From Candidatus Doudnabacteria bacterium (GTDB lineage Bacteria > Patescibacteriota > Doudnabacteria > UBA920 > 2-01-FULL-46-14): 64,000 nucleotides of DNA. The stretch covers positions 1,770 to 65,769 of the forward strand of contig JBGQGB010000004.1 of NCBI GenBank assembly GCA_041497195.1. The letters are read 5' to 3'. Below are positions 51,663 through 61,735 of this stretch, piece by piece (position 1 is the stretch's first letter; the number at the start of each line of letters is the position of its first letter). The position numbers and the translations under genes are program-made. The notes under the pieces were generated by a model. That model worked only from the letters and a program-made list of their open reading frames with translations. It was not told the origin of the DNA and did no database searches.

Positions 51663-54600
51663 TTATGGAGTTTTCAGGCTCTCGCGCAAAAGCTCTCTCA
51701 GTTGCGTTTTGAATTCCTCTGAGCTTTCTACTGTAAAATTGGTTTTGACTTCGCGAGGCGTGCCTTCGCGGTCCGGCACCAGGAGTGAAACAGGCGTGCG
51801 CCCAGGAAATTTCGCAAATACGCCTTTGAGCTTGGTAAAAACTTGGGGCGAGGCGGCCTTGGGGATTTTAATCTTCAAAAGTTTTCCATTAGCTGCTGGC
51901 GCTGTCGGTTCCTCCGGAGGCGGAAAGTTTTCCGCACTACCCCGGTAAGGGGTTTTGGTGTTCCAGTTTTCCGGAATCGGCGCATCAATGGAGAGCATTT
52001 TTTCGACCAGGAGTTTTATCTCCCCGTCTTTTTCGGACAGCTTGCCGTACACGAGCACCATCTGGTCGTTTTCCACGAGGGTTTTGTATTCGTTGAAGAT
52101 GTTCGGAAATATTACCAATTCAATCATACTGTCCAGATCTTCAAGATTTGCAAAGCTCATTTGCTCGCCTTTTTTGGTCAGAATTTTTTGGACCCGAGTA
52201 ATGATGCCGCCCACAGTGAAAAATCGGCCTTCTTGTTCCGGCCCCAGGGTTTTTACTGGTTGGCAGTAACGCTCCAGGGTTGTTCTGTAGTTTTCCAGGG
52301 GGTGGGAAGAGACATACAATCCCAAAAGTTCTTTTTCCCAGGCCAATTTTTCTTTTTCCGTGGCCGGGGGAACAGGTTTTAGAATCAGTTCCCCATTTTT
52401 TTGGCCGTTTTGCATAAACAAGGCAGACTGGCCCAGGCTGGCTTGTCGCTGGCTGGTGCGGGCGTGGTCCAGGATACCCTCGGTATTTAGGAGCATTTGA
52501 TTGCGCTCGCCGAATTTGTCGAGACTGCCGCTTTTCACGAGCGCTTCCCAAGATTTTTTGTTGAAATTACGGGTTTTGACCCTGTGGATGAAATCCGTCA
52601 GCGACTGGAAAGCGCCGGCCTGTTTGACTTCGGCTATGATTGTGGTGATGACGTCGGAGCCGAGGTTTTTGATCGCGGAGAGGCCGAAGCGGATTTGCCG
52701 TTCGTTTATGACTGTGAATGACGCCAAAGATTCGCTCACGTCAGGAGGCAGCACTTGAATACCGAGGCTTTCGCATTCCGCCACGGCGGCCGCAATTTTT
52801 TGGTTATCGCCGGATTCGGCCGTCAGGACCGCGGCCATAAATTCGACCGGAAAATTTGCTTTCATGTAAGCAGTTTGGTACGCCACCATGGCGTATGAAG
52901 CGGCGTGGGCTTTGTTAAACCCGTAGGCGGCGAAAGGCTCAATGAGACTCCAAAGTTTGATGGCTTTTTCCGTAGCCATTCCGTTGTCGATGGCACCCTG
53001 GATGAATTTTTCTTTCTGAGCCGCCATTTCTTTGGGGATTTTTTTCCCCATGGCTTTACGCAGTTTGTCGGCTTCCTCCCAGGTATAGCCGGCCAATTGT
53101 ATAGCGATGAGTAGTACGTCATCCTGGTAGGTGATGACCCCATAGGAAAGATCCAAGATTTCTTTCATCCGCGGATCCAAATAGGAGATGAGTTTGGGAT
53201 TGTGCTTGCGGGCAATGAATTCCGGGATGGACTCCATCGGGCCTGGCCGGTACAGGGAAATCATCGCCATAATGTCAAAGATATTGGAGGGTTTCAGGTC
53301 GACTAGATATTTGGTCATCCCGGAACCGCCGAGCTGAAATACGCCAATGGTCCGGCCAGAAGCCAGCAGCGAAAAAGTTTTTTTGTTATCAAGGGGAATC
53401 CGCTGCAGGTCTACATCCAAGCCGCGGGTTTGTCGCACGATTTCCACGGCATTTCCCAGAATCGAGAGATTGCGGATGCCCAGAAAATCCATCTTCACGA
53501 GGCCCGTGTCTTCGATTGAGTACATGTCATATTGGGTGATGATATTTTGGTTGTCGGTATCCAGTTGCAGCGGGGTGAAATCAGTAAGCTTGGTCGGCGC
53601 AATCACCACGCCGGCGGCGTGAACCGAGGCGTGTCGCGCGGAACCCTCGACTTTTTTGGCGAGTTCAATGAGGTTTTGAGTTTCCGGATCCTTTTGGTAA
53701 GCTTCCCTCAGTTCCGGGGAAATGCTGAGGGCTTTTTCGATATTCATGTGGAATCCTTGTTTGCCGAAAGGAATCATTTTGGCGATACGGTCGCATTTGG
53801 AGTAGGGAACCCCCAAAGCCCGGCCCACATCCCGGACCGCGGCTCTCGCCATCATAGTGCCGAAGGTTACGATTTGCGCCACTTTGTTTTTTCCATATTT
53901 TTCGCTGACATATTGCAACACCTCATCGCGGCGGTTGTCGGCAAAATCCATGTCAATATCAGGAGGGGTCGGCCTGTACGGATTTAAAAACCGTTCGAAA
54001 GGCAATTTATACTCCACCGGGTTCATAGTCGTGATACCGAGGGCATACGCAGCGACTGAGCCGGCCGCGGAACCGCGAGTGGTGCTGATGATCCCGCGCC
54101 CCCGGGCCCAATTCACCATATCGGCGACTACGAGAAAGTAAGCGGAATATCCTTTGGTTTTAATGATTTCAGTTTCGTATTTGAGACGAGCCAGGATGTC
54201 TTCCGGGATGCGGTTGTCCTCGTAACGCTTTTTTAAGCCCTCCAGGCAGAGCTCTTCCAAATAGCTTTCCGCGGTGTACGTATCCGGGACTGGGAAGCTC
54301 GGAAAATAACGTTTGTCCAAAGTCAGCTCGAGATCAACACTGTTGGCAATTTTTACGGTATTGGCCAAAGCTTCCGGCAAATCAGGGAAAATCGCCGCCA
54401 TCTCGGCAGCTGATTTCAAATGCAGTTCCGAACCGCGCATATCCAAACGGTCCGTATCCTCTACTGTTCGGCCAGTGCCGACGCAAACCAGGATGTCCTG
54501 CGCGGCGCTGTCCGTCGGCGCCAAATAATGGCTATCATTCGTGGCCACTATTGGCAATCCCAGTTCTCGCGCAATTTTCAGCAATCCCGAGTTGACTTGG

Positions 54601-55166
54601 GTTTGGGTGTCGTTGTCGGCATTATTTTTGAGGTTACGCTGGAATTCGAGATAGAAATTATCTTTTTCAAATATGTGCTGATATTCTTGGGCGACTCTGC
54701 GGGCTTGTTCGTAGTTGTCCCCGACGATGTGCCGGGCAATCTCCCCGCGCAAACAGCCGGACAGACCCACGAGCCCCTCGCTGAATCGGCTCAGGGTTTC
54801 CTTGTCAATGCGCGGTTTATAATAGTACCCCTCCAGATGAGCTATAGTCACCAACTGCAGCAAGTTTTGGTATCCGACCAGATTGCGCGCCAGCAGAGTC
54901 ATGTGATAGTAGTCCGGTCCGCCACTGCCTTTTTTTGCATACAAACTTTCAGGGGCCAGGTACGCCTCGACCCCCAAGATCGGTTTTATGCCTATCCGCC
55001 GCGCTTGTTTGTAAAATTCTATGGCCCCGTACATGGACCCGTGGTCCGTGAGCGCCAGGGCCGACATCTCCATTTGTTTGGCCGCCGCCACCAGGTCGGG
55101 AATTTTCGGCAAACCATCGAGCAGTGAATAGTGCGAATGTACGTGCAAGTGAACGAAATCGGACAT
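51663..55166 (-). CDS. dnaE: DNA polymerase III alpha subunit DnaE
   Basis: PHP domain N-terminus (HLHVHSHYSLLDG), polymerase core, C-terminal OB domain. 1167 aa. Confidence 0.95.
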   Translation of the reverse strand: MSDFVHLHVHSHYSLLDGLPKIPDLVAAAKQMEMSALALTDHGSMYGAIEFYKQARRIGIKPILGVEAYLAPESLYAKKGSGGPDYYHMTLLARNLVGYQNLLQLVTIAHLEGYYYKPRIDKETLSRFSEGLVGLSGCLRGEIARHIVGDNYEQARRVAQEYQHIFEKDNFYLEFQRNLKNNADNDTQTQVNSGLLKIARELGLPIVATNDSHYLAPTDSAAQDILVCVGTGRTVEDTDRLDMRGSELHLKSAAEMAAIFPDLPEALANTVKIANSVDLELTLDKRYFPSFPVPDTYTAESYLEELCLEGLKKRYEDNRIPEDILARLKYETEIIKTKGYSAYFLVVADMVNWARGRGIISTTRGSAAGSVAAYALGITTMNPVEYKLPFERFLNPYRPTPPDIDMDFADNRRDEVLQYVSEKYGKNKVAQIVTFGTMMARAAVRDVGRALGVPYSKCDRIAKMIPFGKQGFHMNIEKALSISPELREAYQKDPETQNLIELAKKVEGSARHASVHAAGVVIAPTKLTDFTPLQLDTDNQNIITQYDMYSIEDTGLVKMDFLGIRNLSILGNAVEIVRQTRGLDVDLQRIPLDNKKTFSLLASGRTIGVFQLGGSGMTKYLVDLKPSNIFDIMAMISLYRPGPMESIPEFIARKHNPKLISYLDPRMKEILDLSYGVITYQDDVLLIAIQLAGYTWEEADKLRKAMGKKIPKEMAAQKEKFIQGAIDNGMATEKAIKLWSLIEPFAAYGFNKAHAASYAMVAYQTAYMKANFPVEFMAAVLTAESGDNQKIAAAVAECESLGIQVLPPDVSESLASFTVINERQIRFGLSAIKNLGSDVITTIIAEVKQAGAFQSLTDFIHRVKTRNFNKKSWEALVKSGSLDKFGERNQMLLNTEGILDHARTSQRQASLGQSALFMQNGQKNGELILKPVPPATEKEKLAWEKELLGLYVSSHPLENYRTTLERYCQPVKTLGPEQEGRFFTVGGIITRVQKILTKKGEQMSFANLEDLDSMIELVIFPNIFNEYKTLVENDQMVLVYGKLSEKDGEIKLLVEKMLSIDAPIPENWNTKTPYRGSAENFPPPEEPTAPAANGKLLKIKIPKAASPQVFTKLKGVFAKFPGRTPVSLLVPDREGTPREVKTNFTVESSEEFKTQLRELLRESLKTP

Positions 55167-55296
55167 GTTCTACAAATTTACAAAATTTTTACAAACTGCG
55201 AAATCAGACGATAAGTATCCTGATATTTTATACTGCCGCAACTGATTCGTAATTTCTCAGCCTATCTATTATAATACAAACAAGGAGATTGCTTAA

Positions 55297-56145
55297 ATGC
55301 TAAAGTTGCCAAATTTGCCCGAGAAAGAGGAGCTTGAATATCAAAAACAAGAGTTTTTTTTGTCGATTCTGGAAGAATTTCAAGCGACGTCGAAGCTTTG
55401 GTTCTATTTTTTGGGGGCGTTTGTGCTGATTGCCATTCCGGCTGGCATTTTGATGAAGAATGTCTGGACCAGTTCGTTTATTTCTCAGTACCAACCCCCA
55501 GCCGTAAATACGGTTCCTTATCAAGCTGTTCCTTTGCGAGTTTTGAAAACGGAAATTCTGCCCGTGACCGACACCCTCGATTCGGTTTATTCCCAGATTT
55601 TCAATCCAAATTCCGATATTTCAGCCAGCGATATTCAGTACGAATTGTTGCTCAAAGGTTCGGGCGGAAACATTTTGAACACTATAAAAGGGGACAGTTA
55701 TTTGTTAGCCGGGGAGAGTAAATTTTTATTGTCTCCGACAGTTGCCGCCAACCCATTGCTGGCGTCCGTTGAGCTTAAATTTGGCGAAATTCACTGGACG
55801 AAATTTAAACCCCAGTTTGTCTTAAAGTTGAGTGTTCTCCAGGCAAACACCGGTACCGCGCCTGAGGGAAAATTTTTTGTCGAGGGATTAGTCCGAAACC
55901 CCGAAGGTTATCGCGTAAAAAAAGTTGAAGTAGCAATAGTCGTGTTTGACAAGACTAATCAAAATATTCAGGCGATCAACTCCACAGTATTAACAGATTT
56001 GTTGCCTCTGGAGAGTCGGTATTTCCGTGTGATCTGGCCGTTCGGCAAAACTTATCCGGTGGCCCAAGTCCAGATTATACCCTATGTCAATTTGTTAGAC
56101 CCTGGTTTCGTTATCCAAAAACCCGATAAACTGCCGGCTCGATAA
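55297..56145 (+). CDS. hypothetical membrane-anchored protein
   Basis: N-terminal TM helix (LWFYFLGAFVLIAIPAGILM), 282 aa, no motif recognised. Confidence 0.4.
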   Translation: MLKLPNLPEKEELEYQKQEFFLSILEEFQATSKLWFYFLGAFVLIAIPAGILMKNVWTSSFISQYQPPAVNTVPYQAVPLRVLKTEILPVTDTLDSVYSQIFNPNSDISASDIQYELLLKGSGGNILNTIKGDSYLLAGESKFLLSPTVAANPLLASVELKFGEIHWTKFKPQFVLKLSVLQANTGTAPEGKFFVEGLVRNPEGYRVKKVEVAIVVFDKTNQNIQAINSTVLTDLLPLESRYFRVIWPFGKTYPVAQVQIIPYVNLLDPGFVIQKPDKLPAR

Positions 56146-56166
56146 GTTTCCGTAACCCACGAAGGC

Positions 56167-57270
56167 ATGATCCTAAGCAAGACCTTTAAATATTTTGATT
56201 GGCCGTTTTTTGCGGCGGTGATTCTGTTGACCTTGATCGGACTTTTGATGATTTACAGCACCGGTCTCAGCGGCAAGACCGAATCCATTTTGTGGATCAA
56301 ACAGACCGCAGCTTTGGTGGTGGGCGTGGTGGGCCTATTTTTTTTGGCCAGCCTGGATTACAGATTTTTCGCCAAAAACAGTACGATTTTGTATCTTCTG
56401 GCTTTATTTTTACTTCTCGTCGTTTTGCTTCTCGGTCACACGATTCGCGGTTCGACCCGCTGGTTTGATTTGGGGGCAATCAATTTTCAGCCAGCTGAGT
56501 TTTCCAAGCTCGCTATCATAATTCTTTTGGCAAAATTTTTCCAGACCAAGAAACAGCTTTTGGCAAAATTCGGTTATGTTTTGCAATCCTTCGTGTACGT
56601 TTTTATTCCCTTGGGACTCATCATGCTTCAGCCTGACCTGGGTTCGGCAATCGTGCATCTGGCGATTTGGTTCGGGATGCTGCTCATTAGCCCGATGCCG
56701 CGGCGATATTTTTTGTATCTCTTAGTTATTTTTTTGGTGGTTTCCTCGGTGGTCTGGCAATTTCTGCTGGCCGGATACCAAAAGGACCGCGTCAGAAGTT
56801 TTATTGATCCGACTGCTGATCCACGAGGCCGGGGCTACAATGCCCTTCAGTCCGTGGTGGCGGTCGGTTCCGGCGGCTGGTTTGGCAGTGGGCTGGCAAG
56901 GGGATTGCAGAGCCAGTTGAAATTTTTACCGGAACGGCAAACGGATTTTATTTTTGCCTCCACTACAGAGGAATTGGGTCTCATAGGGGGAGGGCTGGTA
57001 ATAATTCTTTTGGTTTTTGTTCTGCTGAGGGTGGTGAAAATTTTACGGGAAGCCAGGGATTCTTTTGGGGCGTATATCGCTGCCGGAATTTTTTTCTTGA
57101 TTTTTAGCCAGAGCGTGGTCAATATCGGCATGAATCTCGGGTTGGTGCCCGTGACCGGAATCACTTTGCCGTTCTTAAGTTACGGTGGGTCCAGTTTGGT
57201 GATTACTTTTTGGCTCATCGGCATTTTGGAGAACATTGCTCAAAATTCCGTGCCAGTGCGCTTCGGTTAG
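56167..57270 (+). CDS. SEDS-family peptidoglycan glycosyltransferase FtsW/RodA
   Basis: Ten predicted TM helices. Conserved FLPERQTDFIFASTTEELGLIGG and GITLPFLSYGGSS segments. 367 aa. Confidence 0.85.
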   Translation: MILSKTFKYFDWPFFAAVILLTLIGLLMIYSTGLSGKTESILWIKQTAALVVGVVGLFFLASLDYRFFAKNSTILYLLALFLLLVVLLLGHTIRGSTRWFDLGAINFQPAEFSKLAIIILLAKFFQTKKQLLAKFGYVLQSFVYVFIPLGLIMLQPDLGSAIVHLAIWFGMLLISPMPRRYFLYLLVIFLVVSSVVWQFLLAGYQKDRVRSFIDPTADPRGRGYNALQSVVAVGSGGWFGSGLARGLQSQLKFLPERQTDFIFASTTEELGLIGGGLVIILLVFVLLRVVKILREARDSFGAYIAAGIFFLIFSQSVVNIGMNLGLVPVTGITLPFLSYGGSSLVITFWLIGILENIAQNSVPVRFG

Positions 57271-57464
57271 ACTAGTCGCCGGCAGTAGATGCCTCTTCGC
57301 ATCACTCATTTGGCGCGAGTCGGATTGGCATAGCGTCGATACATTTGGTTGTCGTCGCTGATTCAGAAGAAATTCGCTGCCCAGAACTGGACAAAAGCCA
57401 AAAAAAGGTATATAATTAGGATGTACTCTTCAATGAATTGAGAGAAACAAATAATTTGGCATAA

Positions 57465-57821
57465 ATGGCTAAGTTAAACTATCAAAAATGGATTGAGCTT
57501 CTCTCTGTGATCCTGCATTGCCCTGTTTGCAGCAACAAATACAATGCCGAGCAGACTAGCATCATAGAATCAAAAGATCCGGAAAAGTACGAAAATTCCT
57601 CACTTTTGGTTCACACCGAATGTGAACGTTGTAAAAGTTCCGTAGTTTTCAGCATCGCTCTGGACGGCCCGGAAGTTTTTTCCGTGGGTATGGTGACTGA
57701 CCTCAATTCCACAGATGCGAAAAGATTCCGTGATGCGGATAGCATTTCCCTCAATGAGGTGATTGATTTTCACGAGTTTTTGAGCGTATTTGACGGAGAT
57801 TTTGAGCGGATGTTGCACTAA
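57465..57821 (+). CDS. hypothetical small zinc-ribbon protein
   Basis: CPVCSNKY ... CERCKSS (CxxC...CxxC). 118 aa. Confidence 0.4.
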   Translation: MAKLNYQKWIELLSVILHCPVCSNKYNAEQTSIIESKDPEKYENSSLLVHTECERCKSSVVFSIALDGPEVFSVGMVTDLNSTDAKRFRDADSISLNEVIDFHEFLSVFDGDFERMLH

Positions 57822-57832
57822 ATTTATTTGAT

Positions 57833-57866
57833 TAAAACCCTCCGTTCTTGACGGAAGGTTTTTTAT
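57833..57866 (+). terminator. rho-independent terminator
   Basis: AAAACCCTCCGT-tcttga-CGGAAGGTTTTTTATTT. Confidence 0.55.
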
Positions 57867-57915
57867 TTGGTACGCTATTTCAGCATTTAGTGTAAACTTT
57901 TTTATAGCGAAATTC

Positions 57916-58683
57916 ATGCAGCCAACAATCAAAGCCCAGACACGAATAGTGTTTGGCAAGCAGACCAATAAACTGCGCTCCAGCGGCAAGCTACCAGCGG
58001 TTTTGTATGGTAAAGGCAAGCCGAGCCAGGCCTTGGAAGTTTCCCACAAAGAATTTGATCGAGTGTTTCGCCAATCTGGAGAAAATACTTTGATCAATTT
58101 GGTCATAGAGGGAAAAGGGGAAACCAAAGTGCTGATCCACGACGTGGCCAAGCATTTTATGAAAGACGAGCCGATTCATGTGGATTTTTATGAAGTCGAC
58201 CTGACCCGCAAGATCCACGCGAAGATTCCGCTGCACTTTGTGGGGATTTCTGCGGCGGTAAAAGAGCTGGGGGGCATCCTCCTGAAAAATATTTCTGAAG
58301 TATCTGTCGAAGCATTGCCGGCTGACTTGCCCCAATTTTTCGAGATAAATATCGAAAGACTGAAGACTTTTGACGATCTGGTCAGGCTGGGGGATCTCAA
58401 GGTTGATGAGAAGATTAGACTTTTGGGGCATCCCGAAGAAGTTTTGGTGTCCGTGCAAGCCCCGAGAACGGAAGAAGAGTTGGCTGAGCTGGAGAAGCCG
58501 ACTGCGGAAGCGGAGAAGGCTGCCATTGAGGGCATGGAAGCAAAGACAGTCGAAGAAAAAGCCGCCACAGAAGCTGAGAAAGCCGGGGCTGAAGGCGAGA
58601 AAGCTCCGGCCGAGGCCAAAGCCGAAACGGCGGAGCCGAAAAAAGCAGAGAAGAAAGTTGAGAAGAAACCTGAGAAGAAGTAG
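57916..58683 (+). CDS. rplY: 50S ribosomal protein bL25 (Ctc form) with charged low-complexity C-terminal extension
   Basis: TRIVFGKQTNKLRSSGKLPAVLYGKGKPSQALEV...IHVDFYEV, then an E/K/A-rich tail. 255 aa. Confidence 0.85.
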   Translation: MQPTIKAQTRIVFGKQTNKLRSSGKLPAVLYGKGKPSQALEVSHKEFDRVFRQSGENTLINLVIEGKGETKVLIHDVAKHFMKDEPIHVDFYEVDLTRKIHAKIPLHFVGISAAVKELGGILLKNISEVSVEALPADLPQFFEINIERLKTFDDLVRLGDLKVDEKIRLLGHPEEVLVSVQAPRTEEELAELEKPTAEAEKAAIEGMEAKTVEEKAATEAEKAGAEGEKAPAEAKAETAEPKKAEKKVEKKPEKK

Positions 58684-58699
58684 AGCAAATCTGATCAAC

Positions 58700-58728
58700 T
58701 TCCAAAGCCAGGCAATCCCTGGCTTTTT
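58700..58728 (+). terminator. rho-independent terminator of rplY
   Basis: AAAGCCAGG-caat-CCCTGGCTTTTTTTG. Confidence 0.6.
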
Positions 58729-58785
58729 TTGAAAAAAAATTCCAGAGAGCGTCCTCGAAAGGATGCTCTCTGGCCGTATTTTCCA
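58728..58785 (-). terminator. rho-independent terminator of purA (convergent)
   Basis: Minus strand: CCAGAGAGCATCCT-ttcg-AGGACGCTCTCTGG followed by AATTTTTTTTC. Confidence 0.5.
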
Positions 58786-58796
58786 TAGAACGGTTT

Positions 58797-60092
58797 TTAG
58801 TCGCCGAGCCAGATGGTTTCCTTGGTCTCAGGCCCGGTGGAAATTCCGACGATTGGAATTCCCGCGATTTCCTGGATCCTGCGGAGAAACTCTCGGGCCC
58901 GTGGCGGAAGCTGTCCCCAGGCGGTCGCGCCCCTGGTTTGAGACTTCCACCCTGGCAGAGCTTGGTAATTCGGTTGAACCCTCTCGAGGCCTGACCGCGG
59001 CATGGTTTTGAGGAAGTCCCCGTCGCGCTTGTAAGCCGTGCAGATAAGAATCTCCGACAGTCCGTCCAGGACGTCGAGCTTAGTCAGGAACAGATGGGTA
59101 AGCCAGTTCAGTCTGACGGCGCGTTGCAAGGGCACCCCGTCCAGCCAGCCGCAGTCGCGAGGCCGGCCTGTCACTGACCCAAACTCACCCCCATGATTTT
59201 GCAGATAGGCAGCGATGTCCCCCTCGATTTTGGTGGGGAAATCCCGTCGCCCCACGCTGGTGGTATACGCTTTACACACGCCGATCCGCATACCCCAGTT
59301 GCCCAAACGCAAACCGAAGATCTTGTTGAGGTCGTGGATGGTCGTCCCCGAAGAGGTGTTGTAGGGATAATTCGGCGACTGGATATCGAGCATGGTGCCC
59401 TGGGCTTGCTCGAAACATGCCAGCATCTCGTTGCCGAGCTGACCTTGCAATGCCCGATTCACGTAACGGTCGAGCTCAACCACGTATGGTCGGAGCATTT
59501 CGCCGTAACGAAACAAAGTCTCGGTCATTTTTTCTGGTGTGTAGCCCTGGGCTTGGACTGCGGGGACGAGATTTTTGACCGCAAGAACTGACTCGAGTCT
59601 GCTTAGCAACCGGTCACGGTCAAGCAAGTCCTCTATGGTGATGCCGTAGCGGGCAGTGATGTCCGCGTAAGCCGGTCCGACCCCGTTCATGGTCGAGCCG
59701 AGGCCTGTGCCCCCGAGTGCCTCTTTTTCGGCTTTCTCCAAGTCCAGGTGCCACGGCATTACCGTGAAAGTTTCCCTGGCGATGTGAAGCCGCTTCAAAC
59801 TAATCCCGGCTTTGACCGCCTCGGGCATTTCCCGGTCCACGAGGTCCTGAACGTTCACCACGCACATCGGGGAGATGAGCGAGTCCACGTCCGGATTGAG
59901 TATGCTAGAAGGCAGCATGCGCAAAATTATTTTTTTCCCGTTTTGCACGACGGTGTGGCCCGCGTTGTTTCCGCCGTTCCAGCGGGAGTTGACAGCAACA
60001 CGCCCAGCCCACGGGCCAGAAAGCAGATACGCAATGACTTTACCCTTGCCGGAATCCCCCCAGTGGGTATCGAAAATTCCACAAGCTTTCAT
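58797..60092 (-). CDS. purA: adenylosuccinate synthetase
   Basis: THWGDSGKGKVIAYLL (P-loop GDEGKGK-like), GGNNAGHTV, GTTGRGIGPAY-like GSTMNGVGPAYAD. Strong SD GAGGAGG upstream. Confidence 0.9.
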   Translation of the reverse strand: MKACGIFDTHWGDSGKGKVIAYLLSGPWAGRVAVNSRWNGGNNAGHTVVQNGKKIILRMLPSSILNPDVDSLISPMCVVNVQDLVDREMPEAVKAGISLKRLHIARETFTVMPWHLDLEKAEKEALGGTGLGSTMNGVGPAYADITARYGITIEDLLDRDRLLSRLESVLAVKNLVPAVQAQGYTPEKMTETLFRYGEMLRPYVVELDRYVNRALQGQLGNEMLACFEQAQGTMLDIQSPNYPYNTSSGTTIHDLNKIFGLRLGNWGMRIGVCKAYTTSVGRRDFPTKIEGDIAAYLQNHGGEFGSVTGRPRDCGWLDGVPLQRAVRLNWLTHLFLTKLDVLDGLSEILICTAYKRDGDFLKTMPRSGLERVQPNYQALPGWKSQTRGATAWGQLPPRAREFLRRIQEIAGIPIVGISTGPETKETIWLGD

Positions 60093-60187
60093 TTATTTCC
60101 TCCTCAGTTTTTCGGCATTTTCTTGCAGATCCGGAATTACAATCAAATCATTTTACCCTATCATTTTGTTTTTATCTCGTCAATAAA

Positions 60188-60216
60188 ACAACCCGTTTTC
60201 ACGGGGTTGTTTTATT
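60188..60216 (-). terminator. rho-independent terminator after guaA
   Basis: Minus strand: AACAACCCCGT-gaaa-ACGGGTTGTT-TTATTG, overlapping the guaA stop. Confidence 0.5.
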
Positions 60217-61735
60217 CCCACTCAACAGTCCCGGGGGGTTTGGAGGTGATGTCGTAGACAACCCGATTGATGCCTCGGACTTTGTTGGTAATCCGCACTG
60301 AGATTCGCTCCAGTAATTCGTGCGGCAGCTTCGCCCAGTGGGCGGTCATATAATCGGTCGTGGTAATGGCGCGGATGATTATTGGATAGCCATATGTACG
60401 CGCGTCACCCTGGACGCCGACAGCGTGGATGGACGGGAGCACAGCAAAATATTGCTGGACGCTCTCTCTGCTTTTGCTGATTTCTTCCCGGACAATGGCA
60501 TCAGCCGCGCGGAGGAGGTCTAATTTTTCCTCAGTAATTTCTCCGATGATGCGCACTGCCAAGCCCGGTCCAGGGAAAGGCTGGCGCTCGGTGATGGATT
60601 TGGGCAGCCCCAGCAGCCGACCGATCTGGCGCACTTCGTCTTTGTATAGCTCGCGCAGGGGCTCGATGAGTTTGAAGCCGAATTTTTTGGGCAGCCCGCC
60701 TACATTGTGGTGGGATTTGATGACAGCAGCAGTTCCGCCGACGCTGACGCCCGAAGTGATCGCGTCAGTATAGAGAGTGCCTTGCGCCAGCCATTTCGCA
60801 TTTTTGATTTTTTTGGCCTCACGCTCGAATATTCTTATAAAAAGTCCACCAATGATTTTTCGTTTTTGCTCTGGATCAGTGACTCCGCGCAAGGCGTCCT
60901 GGAATTCGAGCGCAGCGTCAATAACTCGAAGATTCAGCTTTCCATATTTACGGAAAGTCTCAACAATTTCTTCAATTTCATTGAGTCGGCCGAAGCCATG
61001 ATTGACAAGGATGCAATGTAGTCGTTGACCGATAGCTTTGTGGACTAGCGTTGCGGTGACAGACGAGTCAACGCCCCCGGAGAGACCGCACACGACCGTA
61101 TCCTTTTTCACTTTTTTTTTGATATCCGCAGTTGTTTTTTCCAAAAAATCTTTGAGTTGCCAAGTTTTTTGTGCCCCCGAGATTTTTATAAAATTTGCCA
61201 GGATTTTTTGTCCGTTTTCGGTATTGGTCACTTCGGGATGAAATTGCAGACCGTAAATTTTGTAGTTTTCGTCCGCTATGGCGGCATACCGACAGTTGGC
61301 CGATTGCGCGAGAGTGACGAATCCGGCCGGTAGCACCGTGATTTGGTCGCCATGAGACATCCAGGTCATTTGTTTTGGTCTGAGGCCCTGGAAAATGGGC
61401 GAGGCTTTGGTGATTTTTATTTCCATTGGTCCATATTCGCTCGTTTTTCCTGCTCTCACTTCGCCGCCGAGTTCAAAGGCCGTGAGCTGCTGGCCGTAGC
61501 AAATCCCCAAAATCGGCCGGCCCAATTTGAAAATCGCTTTGCTGACTCGTAGAGCGCCTCGCTCGGAGAGATTTTGTGGCCCGCCCGAGAGGATAATCGC
61601 CTGGGCTTGTTGGAGTTTTTTGAGGGGAAAATTGTGGGGAACCAGCTCGGCATAAACGCCGAGCTCGCGGATGCGTCGGGTGATGAGGTGCGAATATTGG
61701 GAACCAAAATCGAGAACGTAGACGAGATTTTTCAT
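60212..61735 (-). CDS. guaA: GMP synthase (glutamine-hydrolysing)
   Basis: N-terminal GATase (VLDFGSQYSHLITRRIRELGVYAEL), ATP-PPase SGGVDSSV, C-terminal dimerisation domain ending ...GTVEWE. Confidence 0.9.
   Translation of the reverse strand: MKNLVYVLDFGSQYSHLITRRIRELGVYAELVPHNFPLKKLQQAQAIILSGGPQNLSERGALRVSKAIFKLGRPILGICYGQQLTAFELGGEVRAGKTSEYGPMEIKITKASPIFQGLRPKQMTWMSHGDQITVLPAGFVTLAQSANCRYAAIADENYKIYGLQFHPEVTNTENGQKILANFIKISGAQKTWQLKDFLEKTTADIKKKVKKDTVVCGLSGGVDSSVTATLVHKAIGQRLHCILVNHGFGRLNEIEEIVETFRKYGKLNLRVIDAALEFQDALRGVTDPEQKRKIIGGLFIRIFEREAKKIKNAKWLAQGTLYTDAITSGVSVGGTAAVIKSHHNVGGLPKKFGFKLIEPLRELYKDEVRQIGRLLGLPKSITERQPFPGPGLAVRIIGEITEEKLDLLRAADAIVREEISKSRESVQQYFAVLPSIHAVGVQGDARTYGYPIIIRAITTTDYMTAHWAKLPHELLERISVRITNKVRGINRVVYDITSKPPGTVEWE

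Noticed and set aside
57916-58683. Separate gene for the E/K/A-rich C-terminal 70 aa of bL25
   Set aside because: Continuous ORF with no internal start/SD. Ctc-form bL25 proteins commonly carry charged C-terminal extensions.
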